Source: Octopus sinensis (taxonomy: Eukaryota). From it: a stretch of DNA of 16,574 bases. Under the pieces are notes generated by a model, which made no database searches, was not told where the DNA came from, and saw nothing but the letters and a program-made list of their open reading frames with translations. The stretch's first letter is position 1. Each line of letters opens with the position of its first letter. The stretch spans positions 1 to 16,574 of the forward strand of contig NW_021825077.1 of assembly GCF_006345805.1 (NCBI RefSeq), in the 5' to 3' direction. This document shows, in pieces, positions 16,272-16,574 of this stretch. A program made the position numbers and the translations under genes.

Positions 16272-16574
16272 TGAAAGATTACGATAGACAAGTTTATAGC
16301 ATTAGTTCCCATGTCCGTACACAGATAAAAGAAGATTTTACATCAACACAGTCGTGACTTCAATATAACATTGTTTGAAAGGAAAGCTGTGCCATATACA
16401 CACACACCACAGAAAAACATTCATTCGTATATATATGCATATACATGTATGTATGTATGTATAGGCAGGAGAATAAGATCGTATATATGTCATTGACGTT
16501 TGTCAATTGTAATGAGAGAGGTATATGCAAATGAAATAAATTTGCTTCAACCACAGATCGAACTCTGATCATGG

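Overview
This is AT-rich, repeat-saturated eukaryotic DNA in which I find no convincing host protein-coding exon. The SINE families and dense (TA)n/(TACA)n/(GA)n microsatellites look like an octopod cephalopod (Octopus-type) genome; that is pattern recognition, not a database result. Contents: two decayed CR1/L2-group LINE copies with RT motifs (1-1843 minus, 2804-4327 plus); an RTE-clade LINE 3' end carrying three C2H2 zinc fingers (1907-2532); a second RTE fragment; six tRNA-derived SINE copies from two families; an internally deleted mariner with intact TIRs and a second mariner relic; two MITEs; and a possible larger TIR element. The most interesting signal lies outside the ORF track: two type I hammerhead ribozyme folds on the minus strand (9759-9847 and 11837-11936). 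They sit in short non-coding units that look like Penelope-like-element pseudo-LTRs or retrozymes. The first unit has a 468-bp repeat period and an inverted 5' segment. A possible degenerate third hammerhead lies at about 5186-5275. Most short ORFs in the supplied track are microsatellite or antisense artefacts.
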